Source of the DNA: Opitutales bacterium
GTDB taxonomy: Bacteria; Verrucomicrobiota; Verrucomicrobiia; Opitutales; UBA2987
NCBI GenBank assembly: GCA_965226885.1
Contig: CBDDEL010000010.1
Location: 224,001-288,000, forward strand
Direction of reading: 5' to 3'
DNA length: 64,000 nucleotides
Shown here piece after piece: positions 1 through 10,252 of this stretch (positions within the stretch are counted from its first letter, which is position 1; each line of letters starts with the position of its first letter). Below the pieces are notes generated by a model. It had not been told where the DNA came from. It worked only from the letters and a program-made list of their open reading frames with translations, and did not search any database. A program made the translations under genes and the position numbers.

Positions 1-146
1 ACAATACCCTGCGCCAACGACTGGGTCGTTTCACACGCAAAACCCTCTCCTTTTCCAAGCTTAAGAGTATGCATGAAACCTGTCTGAGACTTTTCATTCA
101 TCAATATAATCAAGAATTAGCCACCATTCCTACTTAATACACTACC
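1..146 (+). mobile_element. IS1-family element, right end only (3' end of insB plus IR); runs off the window start
   Basis: Identical to 32192-32337. Ends in IR ATACACTACC; insB stop TAA at 135-137. Confidence 0.93.
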
Positions 147-280
147 TCGGATCCTTGCCGTGCTTGATGATGTGATCGCTTCCGCATTGAGGACATTTTA
201 CTGTGATATGGATCATTCCCAGTTTACAGCATAATCACGCTGAAAAGTACAGCTTAAACATTCAAAATGTTAACACTACC
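147..280 (-). mobile_element. Left end of a second, different IS1-family element, interrupted by the IS1 at 1-146
   Basis: Minus strand begins GGTAGTGTTAAC (IS1-type IR) and encodes MIHITVKCPQCGSDHIIKHGKDP, an InsA-like CxxC zinc-finger start. Confidence 0.8.
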
Positions 281-521
281 CATTATTCAAGAGATTGTGG
301 ATGATGCTGAGATTTCTTCGTTCGTTGTGCCGACCACACTTAAGAATGTTGGCGATACTGTTTCTGTGAGTGTTACAGTTGAAAATTTGGGAACAACGAC
401 ACGTTCATTTTGGATTGGATTAAGTTTCAAAGGGCCAAATGCCGGGAAATGGCCTAATGGGTGGGTCGATGTTTCACCTCTTGAAAGCAGCACTATAGTC
501 ATGATCAAACGGATACTGTAA
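281..521 (+). pseudogene. 5'-truncated Ig-like (CARDB-like) domain fragment; frameshifted upstream part of the 548-2059 gene
   Basis: VGDTVSVSVTVENLG beta-sandwich pattern. A frame change near 497-500 continues as SHDQTDTVTFEFDIPVWMEIGQY into the next ORF. The MLTLP start is IS-derived. Confidence 0.6.
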
Positions 522-547
522 CATTTGAATTCGATATACCGGTTTGG

Positions 548-2059
548 ATGGAAATCGGTCAATACACTGCGGTCACAGCTGTCTGGGACGAATATGACGC
601 AGACGAAGATATATTGCTCACACAATTTGCTACCCAGGAAAAAGAAGCTTTTATTGTTTCCGATACGGGATTAGACGATGATCCTTATGATATTGGGGAT
701 TTTGATGAGACAGGGCTATTTAGCCAGATACCTAAAAATAGTCGAGCAAACCTCTCTGACCTTGTAGATCATCTAAACAACCCTCTGGTAAATCACTTAG
801 ATGAAGACAGTCAGCTCACTCCATCAAATGATCGTGTTTTGGTACTGATTCATGGTTGGAACCCGGAACGCGTTGAGAAGCCGTTAGAAGTTGAACAGTT
901 CGGGGATCTGGTCAATAACCTAACACAGGACAACAAATTGACTAACGATTGGTCTCTGGTGCTCTACGATTGGAGTGACGACGCAGCGACAGGGACAGAT
1001 CTTATCCCAATTTTACCACTTGCTGAGAAAAATTTGGGAATGGTTCCTTTTGGAGGCGAACCTTCAACAATAAGTCTACTTCAATTGTTACTGGCGGGTG
1101 GAGCCTTACAGTTTACCGCAGAAAACTTTGCCACTACTGCCGCCGAGCGCGCTCTTCAACACGGTATTGTCCTTGGAAAACAACTCGTCGATCAAATTGG
1201 AATTAATGCGTTAAAGCAGGTTCACCTAATCGCCCACAGTGCTGGCAGTTGGGCAGCCTTCGCAGCGATGCGTTATATTAGGGCTCAATCTCCCGAAGTT
1301 GAGGTGATGGTTACTTATTTGGATCCTTTCATCCCGAATGAGGCGGCTTGGTACAAAAATAATCCATTTCTTAGTCATCCGTTTACCAGCTCGGTGTTGG
1401 AATCTACTCTTCAATATGTGGGTCCACCCAAGACACCAGGGGCGATGAGCGCTGAGGCTTACTACACATCGAACGATGAAACGGAAATATTGGCACTCTT
1501 TGGTTTGATTTCAAATGCAAAAACGGTCGTTTGGGATACTTGGGACCGCTCCAATGGGGGTTTGGTTTACAGAACTGGCAATCTTGGATTACATCCATAT
1601 GATGGGCATTCCGGGCCGATCCAGTTTTATGCGGATTCAATAGAACCGCCGGGGAGTTCCACTTTCGAGGGACTGGCATGGAATCTATCGCTTGCTTCTA
1701 ATACTATGATCGGTCTATCGGATGTTTTCAGAGGTGAACCTATCAATGGGTTTCCCGAATGGATGGCCTCACGGTGGTATAAGAATTATAATGTCGATTT
1801 ATGGCCCTGGATTTATCATGACGAGCATGGTTGGCAGTTTGTAGACTCCGGGAGTACCGAGGATGTGATATATGTTTGGGATTTGGGTTTGGGAGATTGG
1901 ATCTTCTTTAATGAACAGGCATATCGATGGTTATTCAGGTTTGGGTTAAACAAAGGATGGATTTTTCCTTTTGCAGATAATAAACCTGGCAGCAGGTTTT
2001 TTCAGAGGCTTGACGATGGGAGTATTTTCAGTATTCCGCCCGGGTTGCTGGTTGAGTGA
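548..2059 (+). CDS. Secreted alpha/beta-hydrolase (lipase-like) with Trp-rich C-terminal domain; probably the 3' part of a truncated gene
   Basis: VLIHGW oxyanion motif, AHSAG nucleophile elbow, LDP, and C-terminal WPWIYHDEHGW...WDLGLGDW domain. Confidence 0.7.
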   Translation: MEIGQYTAVTAVWDEYDADEDILLTQFATQEKEAFIVSDTGLDDDPYDIGDFDETGLFSQIPKNSRANLSDLVDHLNNPLVNHLDEDSQLTPSNDRVLVLIHGWNPERVEKPLEVEQFGDLVNNLTQDNKLTNDWSLVLYDWSDDAATGTDLIPILPLAEKNLGMVPFGGEPSTISLLQLLLAGGALQFTAENFATTAAERALQHGIVLGKQLVDQIGINALKQVHLIAHSAGSWAAFAAMRYIRAQSPEVEVMVTYLDPFIPNEAAWYKNNPFLSHPFTSSVLESTLQYVGPPKTPGAMSAEAYYTSNDETEILALFGLISNAKTVVWDTWDRSNGGLVYRTGNLGLHPYDGHSGPIQFYADSIEPPGSSTFEGLAWNLSLASNTMIGLSDVFRGEPINGFPEWMASRWYKNYNVDLWPWIYHDEHGWQFVDSGSTEDVIYVWDLGLGDWIFFNEQAYRWLFRFGLNKGWIFPFADNKPGSRFFQRLDDGSIFSIPPGLLVE

Positions 2060-2062
2060 ATT

Positions 2063-3298
2063 TTAGAGGCTGGTTTCCAGGAATGTGGTGTAGACTTGGC
2101 TGGTGCGGTGGAGGTTTTTGGTGGTGGTGTGTTCGTTGGCGGCGTGGTGGTTGCTGCCTAGCGGGCCGTAGCCGATGGTGGGGATTTTCAGGTCCAGGCC
2201 GAAAAATCTTGAGTCGTTGAATCCGGTGGAGACGGAGTATTCCACTTTGTCGGGATAAATCGCCTGGATGGCTTGGGCGAATGATTTTGGTAGTGGGTGG
2301 TTTTCGGAAATCAGGTAGGGTTGGGCGAAAAATAATCGTTTAATTTCGAATTCGAATTTGGAATTTTTTTCGGCGAATGATTGTATTCGTTGGCATAGTT
2401 CCCGCTCCGCCACGTCGCAATTTTCGTTGGGAAGGACCCGGCGGTCGATGGTGAACCAGGCGTTTTCCGGAACGGTGTTGATTTTTGCGCCTTCACCTTG
2501 TCCGAAGGTCCCGCCCAGGTTGAGGGTCGGGCGCATGATTTTTCCGTCGGGTGGATGAAATTCGATTTTGTTCAGTTTATCTCCGAATAATTGCAGGTCT
2601 ACGGCCAGTTCGGCCATGATGGCAAAGGCGTTGAGGCCATTGTCGGGTGTGGAGGCGTGAGCGGCCCGGCCTTTAATTTTCACTTCCAGCCAGATGACTC
2701 CGTTATGGCCGACCCCGACGCGATGTCCGCCAGCTCCTTCCCCCACGATGACAAAGTCGGCCTGGGGCAGTTTGTTTTCGGCAATGTATCCGGCTCCTAA
2801 TCTTCCGCCCGTTTCTTCATCGCAGACGAAGGAAACTTCGACATTGGAGCCCGGTTGCAACCTGGCGCGTTGAAATGCTTTCAAGGAATGGATAAAGGCC
2901 GCTATGGCGCCCTTCATGTCGGCGGCGCCGCGACCGAAAATATTTCCATCCTTGCAAAAACCGGAAAAGGGCGGATGGGTCCAGCCGGAGGAGACCGGAA
3001 CGACATCGTAGTGGGCGTTGTAATGGATCGTTTGGGGAGCGCCAAGATCGAGAAAACCGAAAACGTTATAGCGAGGGTAATCGGCTGCCTCAGGGAGCGC
3101 TTTGAGGGCTTCACTTGGGGGGACTTCCAGTATTTTGGACTTAAAACCAAGTTTTGTCAGCGCCGAGTGCAGAAAGGTGGCGCATTGCCGGTAATTTTGT
3201 CCGGGAGGGTTGACCGTGGCAATATTGACCAACTGCGTGAGGAAGGAGAGCATCTCTTCCTGGTTTTCCTGCAATGAGCGTTCGAGAGCCGGGTGCAT
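2063..3298 (-). CDS. M20 family metallopeptidase/deacylase (ArgE/DapE-like)
   Basis: HYDVVP, GRGAADMKG, DEE, G-AAHAS and terminal HAANE motifs. Confidence 0.9.
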   Translation of the reverse strand: MHPALERSLQENQEEMLSFLTQLVNIATVNPPGQNYRQCATFLHSALTKLGFKSKILEVPPSEALKALPEAADYPRYNVFGFLDLGAPQTIHYNAHYDVVPVSSGWTHPPFSGFCKDGNIFGRGAADMKGAIAAFIHSLKAFQRARLQPGSNVEVSFVCDEETGGRLGAGYIAENKLPQADFVIVGEGAGGHRVGVGHNGVIWLEVKIKGRAAHASTPDNGLNAFAIMAELAVDLQLFGDKLNKIEFHPPDGKIMRPTLNLGGTFGQGEGAKINTVPENAWFTIDRRVLPNENCDVAERELCQRIQSFAEKNSKFEFEIKRLFFAQPYLISENHPLPKSFAQAIQAIYPDKVEYSVSTGFNDSRFFGLDLKIPTIGYGPLGSNHHAANEHTTTKNLHRTSQVYTTFLETSL

Positions 3299-3406
3299 TC
3301 AGATGTTCGCGATGGGGTTTGGCACTCTTTCTTTATCGACTTACGGGGTTTTGCAATGAGGTTTGAGCTCTTCTACAGTATCTATGCGTGAGTTGGGTGA
3401 GGGGGT

Positions 3407-3463
3407 CGTTAACGTTAAAGAGGAGGCACGCCTTCAGGCGTTGCCTCCCTCGGCTGGTTATGC
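3407..3463 (-). other. attC site (57 bp)
   Basis: Minus strand: R'' GCATAAC (overlaps the gene's TAA), CAGCC, L'' GAGGGAGG, CAACGCC TGAA GGCGTG, L' CCTCCTC, TTTAAC, R' GTTAACG. Two extrahelical bases in the expected positions. Confidence 0.85.
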
Positions 3464-3898
3464 TCCCGTGTGTCCAATATATTCCTTAATTGATCGGATT
3501 CTGAAGCCCTTTGATGCGTCTCCAAATGTGTTTCCTTTATACCAAAATGTGATCGATACGTTGTAGTTCGCGTCGCAACTAAATCCAAATCGCAAAGGAC
3601 GTTGAGGCCCATCAACCATGACGCGAAAAACTGCATAAGTTTCCATAACTAGACTTCCCTCCTCATCGTAAACTTTGATTCGAGGTGAGTTTGGGATATC
3701 CCATTTTCCTACTTTTTCAGGGTATTCGACATCAATTTCGATTACGCCATCCTTTTTCTCTATTTCTATGCGAAATCCAAGATCTATTGCATTCTTCGGG
3801 GACAATTCTTCGATCTCAGGAGGTGGCGGAGTCGCTATGCAAAAATACGGAAAGGTCCAGACAACACACAGGCCCACGAAATTTCTTATTTTCTGCAT
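3458..3898 (-). CDS. Hypothetical exported protein (146 aa), integron gene cassette
   Basis: ATG lies inside GTTATGC and the stop inside the complementary GCATAAC. Hydrophobic N-terminus; lower GC than flanks. Confidence 0.75.
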   Translation of the reverse strand: MQKIRNFVGLCVVWTFPYFCIATPPPPEIEELSPKNAIDLGFRIEIEKKDGVIEIDVEYPEKVGKWDIPNSPRIKVYDEEGSLVMETYAVFRVMVDGPQRPLRFGFSCDANYNVSITFWYKGNTFGDASKGFRIRSIKEYIGHTGA

Positions 3899-3936
3899 AA
3901 CATATTGTAGGCAGCGTCTACTCAGCCTGTGGTTGG
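3895..3936 (-). other. Putative attI-like cassette docking site, truncated upstream by IS21
   Basis: GCTGAGTAGACGCTGCCTACAATAT|GTTATGC; the 25 nt upstream of the core are 21/25 identical to those at 55522-55553. Confidence 0.55.
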
Positions 3937-4109
3937 TGTAAACGCCGGGATGAAACCGGTACGGGGGTCGGGGTAAAACCGGTACGCTTGGAATAAGGTT
4001 TAGGTTAGTAATTGCAGGTACGTCAAGGTTTAGGGTTTGGGAGTTGGTTTTGGGGATTGGCTTGGGGTCGGTGAGGAGGCCGGAGGCCGACGAGCCGGGC
4101 CCAAGGCGT

Positions 4110-4877
4110 TTATTGTTTTGTGCCACGGCGACGGCGTCGAGCATCGCGCAAGCGGTAGCTTTGCCCGTTGGCTTCGAGGATATGCACCCGATGGGTGAGT
4201 CGGTCCAGCAGAGCTCCGGTGAGCCGTTCGGAACCGAGCACTTCGATCCAGTTCTCAAAGGGCAGGTTGGTGGTGACGATGAGACTGGTGCGCTCGTAAG
4301 CGCGGCTGACCACGTCGAAGAGCAGTTCGGAACCGGTCTTGGAAAAAGGGACGTAACCGAGTTCGTCGAGGATGAGTAGGTCGAGCCTTTCGAGTTGCTT
4401 CATGAAGCGCTGCAGGTCGTGGTTGTCGCGTTGCTCGAGCATATGGGTAACCAGGGCGGTGACCCCGAAGAAACGGATCCGCCGGCCCTGGGCACAGGCG
4501 GCAAAGCCCAGGGCGGTGGCCAGGTGCGTTTTACCGGTACCGGCGTTACCGAGGAGCAGCACGTTTTCGCGCTGGTCGACATACTCCCCGCGCATGAGCT
4601 CTCGGATGAGCGCTTCGTTGATCGAGGGCTGCGCTTCAAAGGCGAAGCTCTCGAGGGTCTTGAGCACGGGGAAACGGGCGTTTTTGATCCGCCGCTGGGC
4701 GGCCCGCTGTTCGCGTTCAATGAGCTCCCGTTCGACCAGATGCAACAAAAAGGCGGCGTAATCGAGCCGGTCCCGGGAACAAGCCGCGGCCACCGCCGGC
4801 CATTCGCGCAGGATGGTGGGCAACTTCAGTTTCTTGAGGTGATGGTGTAACAGCAGCTGGTTTTTTTCTTCCTTCAT
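4110..4877 (-). CDS. istB: IS21 helper ATPase IstB
   Basis: GNAGTGKT Walker A, LLILDELGY Walker B, LLDRLTH motif. Confidence 0.95.
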   Translation of the reverse strand: MKEEKNQLLLHHHLKKLKLPTILREWPAVAAACSRDRLDYAAFLLHLVERELIEREQRAAQRRIKNARFPVLKTLESFAFEAQPSINEALIRELMRGEYVDQRENVLLLGNAGTGKTHLATALGFAACAQGRRIRFFGVTALVTHMLEQRDNHDLQRFMKQLERLDLLILDELGYVPFSKTGSELLFDVVSRAYERTSLIVTTNLPFENWIEVLGSERLTGALLDRLTHRVHILEANGQSYRLRDARRRRRGTKQ

Positions 4878-6379
4878 AAAGCCCCTCCTGGAATCTTGAG
4901 CAGTTCGCTGTAGGCACCGAGGTCAGGGGCGGCCACACGGACGTGACGCAGGTGTGGATGGCCGTCCAGCCGGAAGGTTCTGCTCCCGTAGTCTTCCTGA
5001 GGATAGAGATACTGGGCGATGGCCTCACGAGTCAGTCCCCCCACCCGCAGGGCCGAGACGACGGCCTGCTGCAAGGCCGCCATGGGGTGTTTCTCCAACA
5101 GCCGCAGCACCCGGATATACTCCCGGGTGCCTTCGCCCCCGCATTGGCTTTCGAGCCGGCGTCTGAGGACCTGCAGGCACTGCGGCAACTGCCAGCCCGA
5201 GAGTGGGCGGGCGAAGTCCAAAGCGCCCGGTTTTTTCTCCAGCAAAGCCAGGTAGTGCACCGGCTCGAAAGAGACTTGCTCTTTATCCCAAATGCGGCGG
5301 TGCCGGGCCACCTCTTGGCCCCCACAGAAGATCACCACCTGCCGACAGGACCCTTCCACCACCACCGGATGGTGGGCGCAGCGCACCGGCACCGAATAGT
5401 CGTTGCACTCGAAGCGCACCAGCGAGAGGCTGCTGACGCAGGTCGAGCGTTTGCGGCTCGCTTCAAAGGGTATGGGCGGCAACGGCAGCATGACGGCGCG
5501 CTCCTCGGCCAGCAGTTCCTTTTTCACCGCCCTTTTCCCGCGTAATTTACGCTCCATGTCCCGCTCACATGCCTCCAACAGCTTTGCGTTGAGTTCCTCC
5601 AGGTCCCGAACCTGCGGTACCGGTACCAGGAAGTTGGCCCGGGCATAACGCACGATCCCCTCGACCACGCCCTTCTCGTTGGGCCGGGCGGGCAGACAGA
5701 AGTGTTCCTCGAACAGGTAATGGCTCTGTAGCTGCAGAAACCCGTCGGTCAGCTTGCGTTCACGCGAACCGATAATCTTACCCACCGCCACCTTCGAGTT
5801 GTCATAGCTGATGCGCCGGGGCACCGCCCCGAAAAACTCAAAAGCTCGCAGGTGCCCCTCCCAGAAGCTCTCCGTGCACTCCCGTTCGAACACCTGCACG
5901 AAAAAGGCATCGCTGTAGGGCAGGCTCATGGCAAAAAATGGCCGCCTACGCAATTGCCCCGCCTCCTTCACCAGGGCATGACCGAAGTCCACCTGTCCCT
6001 CCCCGGGGCGGTGCTCCAGCGGCACGAACACTTCCCGCCGCCTCGCTCGCAGCTCGGCCACCACCTCCTTGACCGCCGTGTAGCCCCCTTGGTAGCCCTT
6101 CTCCCGACCCAAACGCTGGTAGATCCGTTTGGCCGTATGGCGCTGCTTCTTGGGCACGTTCCGGTCCGCTTTGAGCACCTCCTCGATCCAGCCCACATAC
6201 GGATCGATCTTGCGCTCTCGCCTCTTCTTGCGCCGGTATCCCGGCGGCTGGGAATAGGCCAGCATCTTTCCCAGGGTCTCCCAGTGCAGTCCCTCTTCTC
6301 GCATTACAGAGCGCTTGCTCTGCTTGTCCCGCAGCACTTTGTGCCGCACTCTTGTCCATTGCTTCATATCTCGATACAC
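4874..6379 (-). CDS. istA: IS21 transposase IstA
   Basis: GEGQVDFG, YDN and NEKGVVE DDE motifs; strong RBS; ATGA overlap with istB. Confidence 0.95.
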   Translation of the reverse strand: MYRDMKQWTRVRHKVLRDKQSKRSVMREEGLHWETLGKMLAYSQPPGYRRKKRRERKIDPYVGWIEEVLKADRNVPKKQRHTAKRIYQRLGREKGYQGGYTAVKEVVAELRARRREVFVPLEHRPGEGQVDFGHALVKEAGQLRRRPFFAMSLPYSDAFFVQVFERECTESFWEGHLRAFEFFGAVPRRISYDNSKVAVGKIIGSRERKLTDGFLQLQSHYLFEEHFCLPARPNEKGVVEGIVRYARANFLVPVPQVRDLEELNAKLLEACERDMERKLRGKRAVKKELLAEERAVMLPLPPIPFEASRKRSTCVSSLSLVRFECNDYSVPVRCAHHPVVVEGSCRQVVIFCGGQEVARHRRIWDKEQVSFEPVHYLALLEKKPGALDFARPLSGWQLPQCLQVLRRRLESQCGGEGTREYIRVLRLLEKHPMAALQQAVVSALRVGGLTREAIAQYLYPQEDYGSRTFRLDGHPHLRHVRVAAPDLGAYSELLKIPGGAL

Positions 6380-6453
6380 TCCTCCTTTCTAGGATAAGCG
6401 TACCGGTTTTAAAGCGCCCTCTTTACCGTACCGGTTTTTCCCCGGCGTTTACA

Positions 6454-8422
6454 CGGCAGGACGCCGCCGGAAACCGCGGTGGCGCCGTGGCAGCCGATGC
6501 AATTTCTTCCGTAGAGGCTTTGGCCGTTGGCGATAGCCGCCTCATCCCCGATCTCCGCGGGCGGTTCCGGCGGCGGCGCGCGCTCTGGGATGGGTGGCAA
6601 AACGATGTCGCCGTCCAGTTTGAAGGCCATTACGCGGCTGATATTCCGCTTTGTCCCGTCGGGGTTGAGGTCCGGGCCCATTATCAGCGCAGAACTTGAC
6701 CCCCAACCCGGCAGAACCGCCACATACTGCTCTCCGCCCGCCTTATACGCAACGGGCGCGGCAGTTATCGCGGCAGTTATACCAGATTGCGCATCGCTGG
6801 CCCATAGCCGTTCGCCTGTGGCGGCGTCATAGGCGACGAAATCGCCGTCCGCATTGCCCTGAAAGAGGAGATTCCCTGCGGTTGAGAGCAGACCGCCATC
6901 GTGCGAACTCGGTTGCGGCAGGCGCCAGACTTCCTTTTGCGTGACGGGATTCCAGGCGAGCAGATGGCCCTGAACGTCGGGGCCGAACTCGGGTCCCAGT
7001 TCATTGGCGGGGTCCACCTCATCCCAGTAGTTCACGCCCAGGTTTTCGCCAAGGGGCCCGGGCCGAAAATTTGTCGTCCAGATAATAAATGAAGGGCTCT
7101 TGCTTCGCCGGAATGTAAACGAGGCCGGTATCCGGATTATAAGACATGGGCTGCCAGTTGTGCGCGCCCCCCGGGCCGGGCGAGATCTTGACCGGCACAC
7201 CGGTCTCATCATATCGCGCGAACGGCGTCTCTACCGGCCGCCCGGTTTCCATATCCACATGGGTCGCCCAGTTGATCGGCATGATTTTTTCGGCGGACAG
7301 AAGCTCGCCGGTGGCGCGATCGATCACGTAGAAAAAGCCGTTCTTCGGCGCCTGCATGATCACTTTGCGCATGCGGCCACCGATCTCCAGATCGGCCAGG
7401 ATCATGTGCTGGACAGCCGTATAATCCCAGGTGTCGCCCGGTACGGTCTGGTAATGCCATACATATTCGCCCGTTTCCGGACGAACGGCGACAATCGACG
7501 CCAGAAACAAATTGTCCCCGCCGCCAGGGCTTCGGATGGCGCGCGACCAGGGCGATCCGTTGCCGACGCCGATATAAAGAAGATCAAGCTCAGGATCGAA
7601 GGCGAAGGAATCCCAGGCCGTGCCGCCGCCGCCATATTTCCACCATTCGCCGGTCCAGGTTTCGGCGGCCATCTCCATCGTCTCGTTTTCAAAACCCTCT
7701 GCTGGATTGCCGGGCACCGCATAGAACCGCCACACTTGCTCGCCCGTCTCGGCGTCATAGGCCGTGACATATCCGCGAACGCCGTATTCAGCGCCCCCAT
7801 TGCCGATAATGACTTTGCCTTTGATTACTCTGGGCGCTCCGGTGATGGAGTAGGGCTTGGCGGGGTCGGTCGTTTGAACCTTCCAATCGACTTCGCCGCT
7901 CTCTGCATCAAGCGCGATGAGGCGACCATCAAGCGCGCCGACATAGACGCGTCCGAGCCAGACCGCTACACCACGGTTTTGAACCCCGCAGCAGGATTTG
8001 ACGTCCCATTCCTTGGGGACTTCCGGATCGAACTGCCAAAGGAGCTCGCCAGTGGCGGCGACGATTGCCTGCACTTTGCTCCAGGCGCTGGTCGAGTACA
8101 TGACGCCGTCGACAACAATGGCCGTTGCCTGCTGACCGCGGTTGGTGTCTAGATCCAAATACCACGCAAGTCCCAGATCGCCGACATTTTCCGTATTGAT
8201 TTGATCGAGAGGGCTGTATCTCTGTTCGGAATAGGTGCGGCCATGGGTGAGCCAATTCTGCGGCTCTGCGTCCGCATTCGCGATCCGCTCGCCGTCGACC
8301 CAAGCCGTTTGCGCCTCTTCACTTTGGCGGTTTCCCGCGTGTCTCGTTGCCGGTTGCCCGCATGCGGCCAACATTGCGGTGCCGAAAAATAAGATTATAG
8401 AGTTTGCAGGTTTGATACGCAT
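6454..8422 (-). pseudogene. PQQ-dependent quinohemoprotein alcohol dehydrogenase (type II), frameshifted and IS-truncated
   Basis: Lipoprotein-like leader, vicinal CC (SCCG), PQQ propeller motifs, GAHNW, CIGCH heme motif. +1 T near 7066-7069, a 12-bp duplication at 6757-6780, and cut by IS21 shortly after CXXCH. Confidence 0.88.
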
Positions 8423-8776
8423 CTTTTCGTTCTCCCTCCATCCAACTGTTTGAGTCCGCCTAACTATACGTAGGTGGAAAATCCGCCGCGACAATTACGT
8501 AGATTAATACTTACGACCGGTATTTACAAGAATATTTGTAATTTTTTGTCTGAGAATAGGATCGCGAAGTATTTCTTGAAATGGAGTGAAATAAGGATGA
8601 ATTTATTTCTCTCATGGAGGCTCGGAGGGGACTGGATGGGTCGGTGTTTTTGGTTTGGGGTTGAAGTGGCTGGCGGATTGTGTCTTTGTGCTTATTTCTT
8701 CTACTTGTTTGGGGTAGAGGGTATGTAATCTATTTATTTTTACTATTGGCATGGCATCAGGCATGGCATCATTTAG

Positions 8777-10207
8777 ATGAAGAGGAATTTATTTGAGAAG
8801 GTTTGGGCGGCCCATAGCGCGGGGCGGCTGTCGAATGGCAGCACGCATCTGGTGATTGGGACGCATCTGATTCACGAGGTGACGAGTCCGCAGGCTTTCG
8901 GGATGTTGCGGGAGCTTGGGCTGAGGGTGCGCCACCCGGAGCGCACTTTTGCCACGGTGGACCATATTGTGCCGACCCATTCGCAGTCGGAGCCGTTCAG
9001 CGATCCTATGGCCGATGAGATGATTCGGGAATTGCGGCGCAATTGTGAGGATTTCGGGATCACTTTTTTCGACCTGCCGTCGGGTAAACAGGGGATCGTC
9101 CATATCGTGGGGCCTGAATTGGGCATCACGCAGCCAGGGACGACGATTGCCTGCGGAGATTCCCACACGTCCACCCACGGGGCTTTCGGAGCCATCGCTT
9201 TCGGCATCGGGACTACCCAGGTGCGGGACGTGCTGGCCACGCAGACCATCGCCATGGACAAGCTGAAGGTGCGCCGGATCAATGTGAACGGCCGCCTGGC
9301 GCCGGGGGTCTATGCCAAGGATGTGATTTTGCACATCATCCGCACTTTGGGGGTGAAGGGCGGCATCGGATTTGCCTACGAATACGGGGGAGAGGTTTTC
9401 GAGCGGTTTACGATGGAGGAGCGTATGACGGTCTGCAATATGTCCATCGAGGGAGCGGCCCGCTGCGGTTATGTGAATCCCGACGAGACCACTTTTGATT
9501 ATTTAAAGGGACGGCCGTATTGCCCTGTGGGGCAGGATTGGGAGGAGGCGGTTGCAGGATGGCGCTCGATGGCGTCGGATGCCGGTTGTTCCTACGACGA
9601 TGTGGTGGAAATCGACGCGGGCGACATCGGGCCGACGGTGACGTGGGGGATCAATCCCGGACAGGCGGTCTTTATCGATGAAAATATTCCCGATCCGGAT
9701 ACCCTGTCCAACGGCGACCGGGAGACGGCCAGGGAAGCCATTGCCCACATGAAATTGAGGCCCGGTCAGCCGATCGCGGGAACGCCCATTGATGTGGCTT
9801 TTATCGGAAGCTGCACCAATGGCCGTATTTCGGACTTGCAGGAGGCGGCCCTTTTCCTGCCGGGGCACCATGTTTCGCCGGGAGTCAAGGCCATCGTGGT
9901 GCCGGGTTCGCAACTGGTCAGCGTGATGGCCGAAAATCAGGGCCTGGACAAGATTTTCATTGAGGCCGGTTTTGAATGGCGCAGGGCAGGCTGCTCGATG
10001 TGCCTGGCCATGAATCCGGACAAGCTGGTGGGCGATCAACTTTGCGCCAGCGCCAGCAACCGCAATTTCAAGGGGCGGCAGGGCAGCCCGACCGGCCGTA
10101 CCGTGCTGATGAGCCCGTTGATGGTGGCGGCCGCCGCGGTAACAGGGAAAATCAGCGACGCGCGGGAGGTATTCGACCTAAAAAGCACAGCCGCCGGTGA
10201 AAATTAA
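8777..10207 (+). CDS. leuC: 3-isopropylmalate dehydratase large subunit
   Basis: [36 protein letters not shown] and NRNFKGRQG motifs. Confidence 0.97.
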   Translation: MKRNLFEKVWAAHSAGRLSNGSTHLVIGTHLIHEVTSPQAFGMLRELGLRVRHPERTFATVDHIVPTHSQSEPFSDPMADEMIRELRRNCEDFGITFFDLPSGKQGIVHIVGPELGITQPGTTIACGDSHTSTHGAFGAIAFGIGTTQVRDVLATQTIAMDKLKVRRINVNGRLAPGVYAKDVILHIIRTLGVKGGIGFAYEYGGEVFERFTMEERMTVCNMSIEGAARCGYVNPDETTFDYLKGRPYCPVGQDWEEAVAGWRSMASDAGCSYDDVVEIDAGDIGPTVTWGINPGQAVFIDENIPDPDTLSNGDRETAREAIAHMKLRPGQPIAGTPIDVAFIGSCTNGRISDLQEAALFLPGHHVSPGVKAIVVPGSQLVSVMAENQGLDKIFIEAGFEWRRAGCSMCLAMNPDKLVGDQLCASASNRNFKGRQGSPTGRTVLMSPLMVAAAAVTGKISDAREVFDLKSTAAGEN

Positions 10208-10252
10208 GCTCCAACTTTTAACCACGGAACCACGGATAAATTTAGAAAAATC

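Larger units (their letters stand above)
3937..6453 (-). mobile_element. IS21-family insertion sequence (2517 bp)
   Basis: Ends TGTAAACGCCGGG.../...CCCGGCGTTTACA with repeated AAACCGGTACG boxes at both ends; carries istA/istB; no matching target duplication. Confidence 0.93.

Noticed and set aside
3895..3926. Xer dif site
   Set aside because: ATATGTTA resembles the XerD arm, but there is no XerC-like arm at 6-bp spacing. The cassette geometry fits IntI better.
3458..4258. 266-aa ORF as a real gene
   Set aside because: The N-terminal part reads through IS21 sequence. The real start is the ATG at 3898.
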